The notes below the pieces were generated by a model. That model worked only from the letters and a program-made list of their open reading frames with translations, was not told where the DNA came from and made no database searches. This document shows, piece by piece, positions 24,744 through 39,900 of a stretch of DNA of 64,000 bases. The position numbers and the translations under genes are program-made. Numbering within the stretch: the first letter of the stretch is position 1; each line of letters begins with the position of its first letter. Source of the DNA: Antedon mediterranea (Eukaryota > Animalia > Echinodermata); the NCBI RefSeq assembly GCF_964355755.1, contig NC_092678.1, positions 9,006,422 to 9,070,421 of the forward strand, read 5' to 3'.

Positions 24744-24932
24744 ATGGATAGTCTGCAAGTGGTTGAGCAAGTGGAGATGCAGGTGGAAACCCTGGAATCG
24801 GAAGCTACCTCTCAAGATGTGACAGAGGAAGCTGTACAGGAACATCAGATAGTACAGATGACAGAAGGTGATATGCAAGTCACAGAGGTGCAAGAAGTAC
24901 ATCCAGGTGTAGAACAGGTTACAGTTCAACAG
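24744..24932 (+). CDS. NR2C2: NR2C coding exon 1 (E/Q/V-rich A/B domain)
   Basis: Acceptor TTTTCACCAG at 24717, ATG at 24744, donor CAG|GTAACC; 63 codons. Confidence 0.8.
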
Positions 24933-27900
24933 GTAACCATTGACTTTTAATTAGTAGTTAAACACTTCTGTTTTTACATTCATCCTCTAGGACAGGACCC
25001 TGCAATAAAATCTCCCCTGACTTGTTTTGAGCAGTTTTATTGCCACACTGATCAATTTAATTTTTCTTGTGTAATAATATCCAAGTAGCAATCGAGATTA
25101 CTGTAGATGGTAGTGGTACTACAGGTAGCCTGTTCTTAGCATTAAGTTAATTACATTTTGTTGGAGAGCTGAGATCTGTTGATTGAATAGTGAGGCTGAG
25201 TTTTGATGACTTGTAAGACACTCCTTTTTTTATGATTCCTCTGACTAACTAAAAATTAAAGAAAAAAACAACTTGTTGAAGCTGGCGGTCAACAAAATCA
25301 AAACAACAACATATAACAGTGTCTATACAGTATATCACGATAACTTCGTAAGATCATGATAATTAACGTCTGAGAGCACGTTAACCAGAATTAACGTGAT
25401 AAACAAGATCACGTTAACAACTTCCTGCAGGTTCAGAGAACATCATGATAAAGAAACTCACGATAATTTCTTCAATTCTTTAATACAATGGTGACTGTCC
25501 ATGTACAGTAGCATAGGTATCACAAATCAAATAACTACTTCTAGTACAAAGCAGACAAGTATTATTTAAGACATTATCATTATTTGTTTACATACAGTAC
25601 CTATTATAATGGTTTGAGTAGTGTTCCATAATTACAAACATTATAAAGAAGTCATTAACTGATGTAAATTGTAATTTTTAACACCATGGTGTCCATGTAC
25701 AGTAGGTATCAGTTTTAATGAATTCATTTAAACAAAGCAGACAAGTTTTATTTGATAAAATGTAATCATTATTTGCTTACATATTCTACTAGTGGTTTTA
25801 GTATTGTTCATGTTACATAATTCATGTGTTTTCATTCATAATGGTATATTTATTAAAATCATCTTCACAGAAAAACTGAATTGTGACAATTTTTTACATT
25901 ATTAAAAGGTATATTTAAAATGTGTAAAAAAGATAGCATAAAATAAAAAAAACAAGTTGAGAAACACACAATACATAAAAATTTAAAAAACAATAAAATG
26001 AAAAATATTTACAAAATATAACAAAGTTGTGTCCATGTAGCATAGGTATTTTTAAAGATTATTATATGTTTTATACAGTACTTTAATAGCCCACCATTTT
26101 TTAAAAGAAATTTTCATGAAAAACCTTTTTTATTTACCTTTGAAACTAAGGTTTACAGTAGGAGTAACTTAAAATTATATTACAAAACAAATTAAACTCT
26201 TTTCAAATGTGGGCCCTTGTACAGTATGTATGTCACACTTATTGGGTACTTCACAGACACACCCATAATATAGTTTAATACCATTTGTAGTCTCAAAATG
26301 AATGATATTCTGTAAAAATATTTATATTTAACCAGTTGACCTGATATGCAGTTTATCTCTTTTTATTCCCCAATAAATTATTTGACTGTGTCTTTGATAA
26401 TAGAATTAAAATGTCTGTTTAAAACATTAATTTTTTCTATTTTTGTTTATAATTTATTTCGGTTTTGTTCCTTACATCACAGGAGTATGTTATTACAAAT
26501 CATTAATTACTTATTTTAATTTTTTAAATATTTGTCATAAAGTCTTGATATGTGACATGCCTATTCATAAATAAACACAACTTCTTCTGGTCCTGTAGTA
26601 CATCACAAATGTATTATTATTATCAAACAATTATTATGGATGACAAATTATTTGATGTTCATTTAATAAAGAGGCACTGTAAAATGCTGTTAGGGATGAC
26701 AACAGTCCACAGGGTTTTTGCCAAAGTGGTCGTCGGCTCCATCCATCACTTTCATGATGCCGGCTACCACTATATTTACGCGTAGGTAGATCGTAGCCTA
26801 TTGTTAATAACTTACTACGATGTATTGTTATTATTATTATCTACAGTACTGTACGCGTTGATCATAGGTTTTTTTATAGAGTATCATGTTTCATGTCATG
26901 TGACACAAAACCTAGGTACTGTAGAATCTTCATCTTGTTTCCTGCCATGTGACAAAATAAAATCTGGTCTATATCTGCAATAACATTCTGATAAATATTT
27001 AGAATGAAGTTTAACTTTTTTTTGTTTACGATCTTTTGTTGTCGGTATCGTTTCTGGATCAACTGGACGTTCGGTAATAGGTAAAAAAAACATGCATGAA
27101 GAAAACGATTAAGATTATAACACCGGGTTGTTTACAAACAGCATTTTTCCCGACCTTATTCTGAAATGCGTGGGGAAAAGGGGGGTTTGCCAACCACCAC
27201 TCATGACATGTCAGTGAGAACCCGGAGTCCAGGGGTAAATTCAGAGGTAAAATGTCTCACGAAAAACCAGCTTGCTTGCCCCCAACAGATAATTATCTAA
27301 AGGCCTGGTTCTACTAAAACCAGCTTGCTTGCCCCCAACAGATAATTATCTAAAGGCCTGGTTCTACTAAAACAGTATTAGTACATTGATACTACAGTAT
27401 GTTCTTGTAGAATTTACCTTCTGAACATTTTTTTTACCATTAAAAAGTACAATTTTTATAATGTAAACATTAACACTACTGCACCCACTTTTTTTATACA
27501 ATGACCTAATTTTAATTATAAAACTCCCTTTCTACATAGGTTCAAATTCAAGGTGGCTTACAGCAGGTTCAACAACAGATTCCAATTCTACAACAAGTAG
27601 TAGTGACAAATCCACAGCAGATTGTGCAGGTCACATCCGACCATGCTCACATTGCTTCACCACATCAGGTACAAAAAACTGGGTTGTTTTTGCCATTGTT
27701 CCATAACAAAAGTATTACTTTGCTATAAATATAAATAATTGAAAGAATGTCTGATTCTTTTACAGTACAGTATTTATAGTTACATCAGAGTAGGGCAAAC
27801 ATTTGACCACTGAATTTAACTCCCTGACAGACACAAAGTTTCTTAAATTATTATGCCTGATTTGTTTATCAAAGAAACAACTTAAAAATCAACTTTCCCA

Positions 27901-30900
27901 ACACCAGCCACTACAGTATGTCTTGTTTTCAGAAAGCATTTTCAATGAGTACCGTATATTTTGGTGTATAAGGTCGCGCCCAGCCTCAACAAGTTCTTTC
28001 TAACTTGTTATTAATGAGTTTCGCACCTGCAACATCGAGTGCATGGCCGTGTGTGTGCTAGCCTCGCTCGATCATTTCGAGAGGGCGCACGTTTTCACAG
28101 ACAATCGTATTCGATTAGTATCTATGTATCCGAGAAGTGTATACGCTAGGTCCATGCTATAATCAACTGGAGAATATACTAGTCGAATACCGTACACCAT
28201 GTGGTCGCCAAGAAGGGCTTGCGCTAGGGGTACGGCGATCGTGCGTATAACTATAAATAATACATTCCAATCGTAAACGTTTACAAATGAAATTTTATCG
28301 GAGCGCCTAAAACAGCTCTATAAGTATAATGAACAAATCTTTTCATCATATTTAGTATAACATCACGCAAAAATGCCTTGAAAACTAGGCAGAAGCAGGT
28401 TGCCGTTACGTAGTACACTGTAGCTAGCCTAGGCCTAGCCTACTCAGGCCTAGCCGCGCCAACCAACGAGGTGACGATTATGTACAATCTGTGTGGTGAG
28501 GCATTTATGTTCGCTGTATAAGACGCACCCTTAATTTAGAGGTCAAATTTGCGAGTCAAAAGTGCGACTTATACACCGAAATATACGGTACTTGAATGAA
28601 TTTAGTACTTTTTGGCCAATTTTTAGAGTTTGGTTTCTAGAGAATTCACTACAGTACAGTAGATTAAAGATGTGTTGTCCACCAAACATAAATAAATAAA
28701 ATCCATCTTTAAATGCATTATTTTGTATTTAATGTTATTTATTTCGGCAGAAAATTGTTTATATATAATTTATTGACTTTTTGATTTTGTTTTCTATAAA
28801 TTTACATTTTTTCATACAACTGTATAGTGAAAGAAGCCAAATATAGTGTTATTCCGCATTTTTAAAACTTTTGTTTCATGTTTCTAATTGACTACTACTA
28901 TGGATGCTTTTATTTAGTGGCAAATAACACATAGTATTTTATGTGATCATTCATATGAAGCATCCATGATAACAACCATCTGGTGATTTGGATGGCACCC
29001 CCAACCATGCCCCAACTAAATGCCAACCAATCCAACAATAAGAATTGGAAGATGTTAGCTAGAACAGGAAGCGTGAGTCACTCATGTCAGGTCGAAAGGA
29101 AAAGTTGAGTGCAGGTCTGTTGGGTCACATGTTTACCCCGACAGCGAATCCCTGACTAATGCCATTACAAGTTTCCTTCTACTCCTCACAGTGATGGTAA
29201 CCTTTTGCCCATGGTACTGCTTAATTGATTTGCTGACATAAATGCTGTATTCTTCAGGATTGCCAACGTATTTTGATTAAATATTGCCCATATCTTAGCT
29301 TTTAATATGATCCATATGTAGACATTTCTAGGTCCTTACATTTTGTATTTTGTAGTTATTCATCTTCCATCATGAACCTGGTATGTATTTTTACAAGTGT
29401 TTAGTAGTTAGATGCAAACTTGCTCAACTACAGCGTTTTTTTTACTTGTTCAGATCACTTTTCTATATTTCGTGAATTTCATTATGTAGTATTATGTTTA
29501 TCTTAATACATTTTTAGTTTGTTTGGACCTTCTTAGAATTTAATGTATTTCAATGTTTTCTTTTGTAGATTACAGTGCAAGCTGGCCCTCACCCAGTTGA
29601 GGCTTACAAAGTTCAGCAGGTCAGTGTAAACCAACAGACAGTCGATCACATTGTGAAGATCCCCACAACAGTTGCAGGGCTAGACCATCAAACAATGGAG
29701 AGGCTGGCTAAGCTGCGTGATGAGGACTTGATGATCAAAAGCCCAGGCACGCCAAAGTACTCGCCACAACGACCTGTTGAGTATTGCGTTGTATGTGGAG
29801 ATAGAGCATCAGGTAAATATTGGAACACAAAATGGCGTCAAGCTTGGCATGTGCAATATTATTTTGACTATAATGTCATGTTACCCACGTACATTATGTG
29901 AAATTATTTTTTATGTGAAGATTTTTTTACTATCCATTCAGAAGGTGTACTTAAAATTGATTGATTTATTTATAACATTTTTATCATGCAAATGAAGTTT
30001 TCTATTGGTTGTAGTTTTTAATATGCAATTTCCAACAACTATTCATTTTTTTATACTCTTGCCCTAATAACGATTTACACTGGAGCTCCTGTTTAAAGTC
30101 ACTATCCAAAAGAGAAGAGTGTGTGTGATGTGAACCCATGCCAAAAAAGCGACTATATTACAGGGCATTGGCATCAAATAGAACTACATTGTACTGTAAA
30201 TTAAAATGCATAGATATTTTGTTTTTGCTAATACAGTACTTAGTGTAATAGTATTTTGAATTGAATAAATCATTGTTTCCCTTAAACCTAATAATATTCA
30301 ATTAAATATTAAATCTTTTCATACTGTAGAATCTAAAATCTAACAACAGATGGCTATTGTTTCATGAACAAGAAAATCGGAACAGTATTTCCTTAAATAA
30401 AAATGAACATACATGACTCACTAAACATTGCATGACATCACTGATTGTATTTTGAAATGTACTTCCTACTTAATATCATTATGAACAGAGTTATTTGATG
30501 ACAATTATAAAGAAATTTTCTACATTCCATCAAAAATTTGAGAACCCATTTCTGTGGAGTCATGCAGCAGAAATAAACCTTTTTTACCTTGATACAAATG
30601 GATTTCACAAAAAGATTGGTAACCTCAATTGATTGCAGTATCAAAACATTTTCAAAACTGGTTTCTGTACTAAGCAATTTTTAACTAATTATCAACTCAT
30701 ATAAATGTAAACCTCAATGAACTAATATAGGCCAACTTATAAAAAATAATACTGTATGGTGAACGTCCAGTCGATCCAGAAACGATGGCGACAAAAAATT
30801 ATTGTTAAACATACCAAGTCAAACTTCATTCTAAATATAGTCGCTCACTCAACAGGACAGACATAGATTTTTGGTCATATTGCAAGAAACACAATACTCT

Positions 30901-33900
30901 GTTGACCACAACCTTTTATAACCAACTTAATTTGTCAGCGCGCATGTGTGGCTGGAGTGTGGCTGCTCGACTCTGATGATAAGAGCATGTACCTGGATTT
31001 TGTGTCCACGTCAATAAACTATTCCCACGTCGGGCCTGTTTTCTTTTAAACACATGTTGTAATAGTAATTCAATATAGGCCTATGTTAAATCTTAACATG
31101 GAATATAGCATTTTGCGTAACATAACAATTACATTGTTTAGAACAATGATCTACAAATAACTACACGTAGATACGAAGCAGTAATTTCCTTCTGTACTGT
31201 ACATTGAGTTTGAATTTTTGTTAATACTAACACTTTCAATTATCCCTTTAACACAACAAATACAAAACACTAAAAAAACTCCATTCAAGAGCATCGATGC
31301 TATCAGAGTATTGCCCTCTGTGCTATGGGTTGCTAGCAAAGAACTGTTTTCAATTTTTGTAATGTCTATGCTTACATCACATGTTGATTATCATGCATTA
31401 AATTGGAAGTACTGTATAGGAGAACTGTTTTTTGTTGTTTGCTTTTTTAAAACTAAAATCACACAGAAAATGTAACTGAACACCAGAAGCAAAACAGGAT
31501 ATTGTATGCTTCCTGTATCTCTTGAAACTTACTGTAGATGTTTCCACTTTTACATGTGTTTTACCCAGTTACAATATACAGTAATTGACAGTATAAAACC
31601 TTTTATAGGACGTCACTATGGTGCAATTAGCTGCGAAGGATGCAAGGGCTTCTTCAAGAGATCAATCCGCAAGAGTCTTGGTTATACCTGCCGAAGCAAC
31701 AAAGACTGCCCAATCAACAAACACCACAGAAACCGATGCCAATATTGTCGATTACAGAAATGCCTTACAATGGGTATGAAACCAGATTGTAAGTACCACT
31801 TGACATCGTTTTTCTTGTCTATGCTCTTGCCTTTTGTGCTTTGCTTCGTGGTTCATTTTTGACATACAGTACCATACTGCTACAAAACTATTTTCAAACT
31901 GTGTTTTAGTTTTTTTCTTTAAGCAATCTAAATTGGATGTCTTTCAATTAACAACTAGAAAGCCACTCCGAGAGTGCATACCTCCGCCTACTGTAAAATT
32001 CTCCTACATAAGATTTCTCCGGTTTAAAAAAAAAAATATATATATATTTGTGTGTGTCTTAATGCTGTTGGTGATTGAGGCTAATTTCACTACAAGCATG
32101 TGTATGCGAGTTTGGTGCAATGGTTATGTAAACAAGTCTTTCAATTATTACAATAGCTTCAGTTGACTAACAATAGAACAGTAACACGAAAATCAAAAAA
32201 TGTGCACATTAAATCAAATTATGTTTTAAAATTACAAATCACAAATTATAACTCTTGCCTCTTGTACAAAAACGAAGTTTTTTGGACAAGTAGTTCTCGA
32301 GAAAATGCAATTTCAGTTTACTTGTTACTTTAAGACTGCTCGCCGGCTTTTGAAAAATTCTGTCCTATCTTTTAACACTAGCAATTCTGTAAAGTATACT
32401 CAAAAAGTGGTCCAGAATTGGGACCATGGTCCCAAAATTTAATGGAATGGTCCTTGACCACATATCTATCTATATTTATTTTGGTAAATATCTTGTAATT
32501 ACTTTTTGAGTAATCCTGCTAACAAACAAACAAACACACGCTACCGATTACATACTGTACCTCCTTGACAGAGGTAAATAATCTTTTAAAGTTTTTGTCC
32601 GAATTCTTATATTCACACTAACTGTCAAATAGGCTTCATTCAAAGAAATTTTGGACCTCTGGTGGAAAATTTAGCAATAAACGTCTCCACTCGCTTTCTC
32701 ACCAAATCGATATCCTCCTCTGTTGTTTTCACTCACGTTGGGACGACGGGAAAGCATTAACCAATCTTCTAGGGTTTTTCTAGGGTTACATTATTTCACC
32801 AAAGCAAGCTCTGGGAAAGATAGAATAAAGACCAATGATAATTCTTGTGATCCTAAAATGGATATAATACAATTATTCAAGACAATTGGTTAGGTTTCAA
32901 ATGTCGGTCCCAACCATTTACTCAGAATAAAACTCCTGCCATACTCTTAAAAGGTATGACTATTATAAATATTCTATAATTTCAGAATGGTTGAAAACTT
33001 GTAAAGTACTGTATAACAAATTTAAGCTTAATTGGATAACTGACATGATTCTTAATTGAAGATTTTTTAAATATAGATTGGAAATTGCACTGACAATGTG
33101 AAATAAGCAAAAATGCGACCACATGTTTGGGCCCAATATTGTTTCCAACTAGATGATGCATAGTTTATGAAATAAATAGGATTTTAAAATGTCCCATCCG
33201 TAATGTCAAATATGGTTATTTCATATTCAATAACTTAAAAAATATCAGAAAAATAAAAAAAATGTTATTTATAAACTTCAACATGTCTACTTTGAGAAAT
33301 GGCCAAGAGTTATATAAAAATCAGTAAATGAATTTTTTCGGACCAAATACCCCATTAATAAATTTGCAGTTGAAAAGTGGATGAATGACAAAAGAGAAAT
33401 GAAAATATAAATCTGTGCGCAATGCATGTTTGGATTTATAGCGGGCCGCTTAAATTATTAGAATCGACTTATTTTTCACATTGTTAACCGTTTAAAAAAG
33501 AAAAAAGTTATCTCAATAGGACTATATGGTTATATTTTTACATTAAATGTAGTTGGAGACCTTATTTCTTTTATTATCGGAGCAAATAATGTTTCAATTG
33601 TAAATCTTCATTTTACAAAACTGACGTTTTCTGTTTTCACAATAGGTACAGTATAAAAACAAAATTGGTTAAAATAAAACAGAATATCAATAAAAACATT
33701 TAAACATACAAACAACATAGACAAATCTAAAAAATAAAGTCAAAAACATTCAGATTGTATAAAAATATAACGTTAAAAATGTATAGTATGTACACATAAG
33801 ATTAACAAAACATTAAATGTATGACTTTAAAAAACTGTTCAATTGGTAACATATTGTAAGGTCTATGAGTTGGTCCCTCTAGCCTAGTCAAAGTAGGCCA

Positions 33901-36900
33901 GTGCTATTATTATTGATGAACTGATTTAACTAAAACCAAAGGAGGGTGTAAAACAGTGCTATAGCTATAAATTTATATTGTCACCAGTATTGCAATTTTA
34001 CAAAATTCTAGAAAAGCACTATCATGTTTATTTCAACAAAGTTATATTGCAATTGAAATATAAATATTATAAAATTATGATTGTATCTGAAATAAAACAA
34101 AGCAAGTTACATTTTATTCTCTTGAAAATATTTTGAAATCGTATACTGTATGTACTGTTGGTTTTCTCTTTTGATTTCATTTAGTGTCTATCTTCCTCTA
34201 TTCTAATTTAGTACTAGAAGATTCTATGTATTGTTAACATAAGGTACTTTAAGTCAAGTCGAGTATCATTTATTGTCATTTGTTTTAAGAAAGCGGAACA
34301 CAATATCCAACGGGCACAACATAAACTCAAAACAAAAATTGTCTACATCATGTTTAGGCTATAATAATAGCTCCTGGAAAGAAACTATTTGTAAATCGTG
34401 CCTTATTGGCCTTAATAAAACGAAATCGCCGAAATATACATATAGGCATAACATTAAAATATTTGTTTTTGGGACCTACTGTATGTACTGTACATGTATG
34501 TTATATGCCAACTCATGCATTACAGACATGAGAGCAGATTTGTTAGGTGTCGCGCATACATGGCTATTTCTCATGCATCCATAAAAATATATGGATTATT
34601 AATACTAAATATTTCTCAGCCTCATCCAGGCCCTTTTCTTTTTTTGATGTAGTTTCCCGCTAAACCCTGAATTGTCCCGCCTTTCAAAATATTTAAATAC
34701 CATAAAAAAAATGTCACCGAACCAAAGACTATAATAATATTCTTTGACTGAACTAAACTAACTCAGACGTTCAAAACCCCAAGTTAAACATTTCCGGAGG
34801 TTTACATATAGTCTGGGTTCCAGACGGAGTGTTGTCTTAATTATATAGTAAAAAGATTTTTTTTTGCACATATGGCGTTTCATATGTATACTACTTGAGC
34901 TTGGATACTCCGTCTTGGCACACACGTACAAGTCACATGGTTTGACACCAAGAATTCTTGGTGCATACGATAATCCAGTTGACTGGTTTCAGCCGCATGC
35001 GATTGGCTACTCACTCGTATACAGTAGAGTACAGTAGTTTTAATATTCATATTTCAGAATTTCAAAGATTCAACAATCGGATGAAATTTTAAATATAGGG
35101 GGGAGAAAGAATTTGTACTACTGTCACATTATGCGTGGCGGATGTCAGTAAATAATTGTCTAATTGTTAGTCAGATGGCATGCTTTAATTTATGTTTGAA
35201 TGCCATTGTCAGTAATTACTTTGCTACATGGGGTTACCATCACATTGCTATGGGGTTACCATCACATTGCTAAAAAGCATCTTTCATTGATAGTAGAATA
35301 TTGAACAAGAGAACTATGTTTTTTAAAAAGCAGTTGCTCCACAGCTAATGTAGTTATCACCAGCAAATGTATATTTTAAACCTGTCTAAATCATGTGCAA
35401 ATGCATCTCTTTACTTTAGCTATTAGTCTATCCACCTCATAAGCGACCATACATCGTAAGCAACCACCCTTGTTAGTGACCACCTCTTTTAAGGGAACAT
35501 CTCTCATAAACAAAACCTCTCGTAAATGACCACCATCTCTCTTACAGTAAGGGACCGCTTCTGATAATCGACAACCTCTCTTATGCGAAGTTGTCAACAA
35601 CCTCTCTTACGCAAGGTGGTTGACAACCTCTTTTACGCGAGGTGGTCTTTTAAAAGAGATGGACGCCTAAAGAGAGGTGGTGTTCCTTTAAAAGAGATGG
35701 TATTATACTAGAGGTAGTGGTCGATTATAAAGCGGTCCCTTATGAGAGGAGGTGGTCACTCAGGAGAGGAGGTGGTCGCTTACAAGAGGTGGTGGTCCTT
35801 TAAAAGAGATAATTGCTTACGAGAGGTGGTTGCTTACAAAAGGTGGTTAATTATTAGAATTTGGCCCTTACAAGAGGGGTAGTCAATTATGAGAAGCAGT
35901 CCTCATTCTTATCAGAAGATGAGTTCACTTTACGAGAGGTGGTTGTTATAGAGGGGGTCGATTATTAAAAGCCATCCCTTACGAGAGGTAGTAGATTATG
36001 AGAAGCGGCCCCTTCTGAGAGGAGGTCGATACCGAGGGTGGTTGCTTACGATGTATGGCTATTAGTCAAGAGATGCATTTACATAAATTTAAACTTAGGT
36101 TTGTAAAATATATAATATTTTCTACATTTGCTGGCTTTTCTACATACTATAAATTAGCTGTTGACCGTTACCTTAGCTGGTGTTGATTTTTATTTACCAC
36201 ATAAGCTGTTGATGTTTCGACATTAGCTGGCATTTTTTATACATTAGCGGTTGTTTAAACAAGCTAAATATTCAGCCTGTTGAAATGATTTAATATTTCA
36301 AAACGAGGTTGTTAATATTTAATTTGCCTCTCTCACCAAAATGAAGTAAAACAATTTAAATAAAATTAATCAAGTTAACTTTACTGCAGAAACTGCAAGC
36401 TATGTTTTAAAATTGTACTGCTTTGGTGAATGGTGTCTTGTTCTATGATCTGCTATCATCTTCTCTGCCACCTTCCATCCTTCACGCACTACAGATTTTC
36501 CTTACTTTGTGCCATTCTCACACAGTGCAATCCAAATTACATCCATTTACTCCAGCTGTCCAGTGTGAGAGAACGCCTTTGAAGCAGAGGGAGAAGTCGC
36601 CTGGCAACTGTGCTGCTTCTACAGACAAGATCTACATTCGCAAGGATCTCAGAAGCCCGCTTGCAGCTACACCAACATTTGCACCCACTGTTGGTAAATA
36701 CCTTCTTTTTGTTATTCAATATAGGCCATTTTGGTTAACTTTTTACATAAACTTATAATTGAAATGTCAGTAAAATTATTAACAATTTTGCAATTGTAAC
36801 TAATACTTAGTATAAATTTGCTTGTTAACCTTTTCTTAAGCGCAATATATGATTTGTTGTGCTGCGAAAGATAATGCATATTTTGAGACAAAATATTAAT

Positions 36901-39900
36901 GTATAAAATTGGGTGTAAAGTGTGTACCGATATATTCTTTTAACCAATTTATGATTTGTATTTTTTTTTTTAAAGACAAACCAGCAACATCAAGAACAGG
37001 GCTGTTTGATCAAGGCATCCTTATTAATGTACCAACAAGTACAACAACGCAGCTGAGCACCGAAACCACAACTACAGATCTCAGCACACTGGCTAGTGTG
37101 GTCACGTCACTTGCAAACATGAACAAGAAGGGAGAGTCAGGCTCAGCTATTGAAGGTCTAGAAGAAGAGATGCTTGTGATAGCTAACGGCGAAACTAGCG
37201 GAGATCTGCAAGCTGGAGGTGACAAGTCAAATATCAGCAAAGCTTTTGATACATTAGCAAAGGCATTGAATGCACAGTCTGAAAATGCTGAAGGCGGTGG
37301 CTCTTCAGAATCTGGGTATGTCATTGTTGCAATATGATAAACCCTTCACACTACAATTTTAAGTTTTTAACATTTTTGGTGTCCAGATTTATTACAAATT
37401 TTCATACACATTCGCAATTGTATTATCATTGTATGGTCGGGGGGCTATCAGATCATTATACATGTGAAATACCAGGGCAAGAACACATGCAGTAATAATT
37501 CAGAACAAAAAATAATACTGAAACAAATATTTTAATCAAGTCAATAAATTTGAATCAAAGACAATTATAGTTAAAATATCTCTATTAAACAGTTTGGTTC
37601 TCTGCCAGCAAACCTCTTGTAAGTTGTCATGTAAGTGGACTTCCATAACACACGGGTGACTGTCTGCTTCCCAGGGGTCTACTGTGTGTAAATAAATGTC
37701 AAGTAAATGATACATTTTGATATGGTAGTACATTCGTTTTGTGTTTAGACATTGTATTTTTGGCTGTTCGTTCAGTTCTGTCACATTCAATGCATACACA
37801 GTGCAACTAGTTTGTTTACTATTTTATATTTATTTAGGACCGGTGTTTCATTCAATGGTTCATTGAGTCAATCTGATGATCAACCGCTTGTGGATTTGGA
37901 AGGTGCTATATTGAATGAATCTCACATGCAGTTTAAATTGACTACACCATCACCCATGCCACAGTTCCTTAATGTTCACTACATTTGTGAATCAGCATCG
38001 AGATTGCTCTTTCTCTCTATGCACTGGGCCAGGAGCATTCAAGCTTTTCAAATTATGGGGTAAGTTGATTGTCAAATTTTGTTTGTATACAGTATTAAGC
38101 CTTATTCGCATTTGATTTTGTTCTGTCAAACTAACTGATGGGTTCAGTTGAGTCAGATATTCTGTTTGTTTCTACTTTAATTGATTGTCTCAGGTTTACC
38201 AAGTCAGTCGTTGTAACTGACTGTAAGTTACTGATTCTACTTAGAAATAAATAAAATTAACTCTTTAATTGTTATCCATATGCGATTTTCATTTGATTGC
38301 ATTTTCTCAATTTGTATGGGTGGCGATAAACACATGATGACATATTTACAGAGCTCTGATCTTTTCCCTTGGCAGTTAACTGTTCATGCCTATGCCTATT
38401 GCTTGCTCCTAGCAAGATTGTACTAAAAGACATTCCGAATAAACATTAATATCATAATTAGAAATTAATTCTTTTGCTGTTAACTCAAGGAACTAAAATA
38501 TAAATGCACATAAAGTAATGTTTTCAATTTAGGCATGGAAAATTAGCTATTTTTACATGAATTTTAAACGCATATTTTGCTTTGTGTCAACAGAAGTGAC
38601 TGTCACACAGCAATGGTTCAAAAGTGTTGGAGTGAGCTGTTCACCCTTGGGCTTGGACAATGTTCACAATCAATGGCTCTCTCAACCATCCTCACAGCTA
38701 TTGTGAATCACTTGCAGACCAGCCTACAGCAAGGTCAGTTTCTATACAGTAACAAATTTATTATATCAATAAATGTGGTGTAACCACTTCATACAATCAC
38801 ATCAGAAGCATCAAAACTTCATTTTTTATTGTGTGTTTCTCTTGTATGTGTGTTTTTCTTTCTGATTTTTATGCTTAAGTATTGGCCCCTCTCGTATTCT
38901 AATTGTTTTCAATGAAACTTTGCACCTTCGTTCATTAACTATTCTATTATTATGCAAAATATTTATTAAAAACAACCTATTGGAACACTTTCAATTTATG
39001 AATAAAACATGATAGGTTTTGTGAAAATTATACATAAATTTAATAATAATTTGTTAACCAACAGACAACATAAAATGTTAACATTTACGAATTTATTTGT
39101 CTCAAAATAGAAACACGCCAACTGATTTAACTATTGGCTTCTGATAAAAAAAAATCAGGCTTTAATTCTGTTTGACTGTCTACAAATCTACCCATGTGAC
39201 TTATGTCTGACTTCGTTTGCATGTGCCACATTATGTTATGTATAAAGAATGTATTTGTGTATTTAATTAATTTTCTACAGTACCTTAAGTTTCTTGCCAG
39301 CTAGATGTATTTATATAGACATTTCACAAGAAAAACACAATTTTATATATTCAGATAAGCTTTCAGCAGATAGAGTGAAAGCAGTTATGGAGCACATTTG
39401 GAAGTTGCAGGAATTTGTTTCAACTTTGTCAAGGTTACAGGTTGATTCTAATGAATATGCATACCTGAAAGCTTTGGTATTATTTAGTTCAGGTGAGTTT
39501 TCTTTCTGAACAGTTTTTGATTAGTCTGACATAATGTGCCATCGCCAAGTATAAGTCGGATTTTACAAAACCAAGTTTTTTTTTAAATTATGAAACTAGA
39601 GATAATTACCTTTAATATGCCAAAAAAACATTATTTAGATACAATGACTTTTGCAAAGTTATTAAAAATCAAAGTTAAGGCACTTAACAAGCGTGTTTAG
39701 TGAAAACGATGACTTTTAATGCGCGTTATACACTGTCTTCTCAATATTTCCTTAGCAACAGGCATTATTGTTTATAGAATTACTTGAATTTCGATATAAA
39801 TTGTTATAGTAGAATATAATGATATTTGTACTAGTGTTTTTAGTTGCCATCTAAAGTGTTAATGTTTAGTGTGCAAACATTGTTAAACACAATGTATAAA

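Noticed and set aside
25490-26050. Diverged ~130-bp local duplication (25490-25620 vs 25685-25810, partial at 26030)
   Set aside because: Real but old intronic duplication with no sign of coding or structural function.
28950-29225. GC-richer intronic island, possible SINE or snoRNA
   Set aside because: No convincing A/B boxes, C/D or H/ACA boxes, or TSD identifiable by eye.
35440-36060. CRISPR-like array (also 45075-45485 and 8090-9120)
   Set aside because: Eukaryotic context, degenerate units without unique spacers, and no cas genes.
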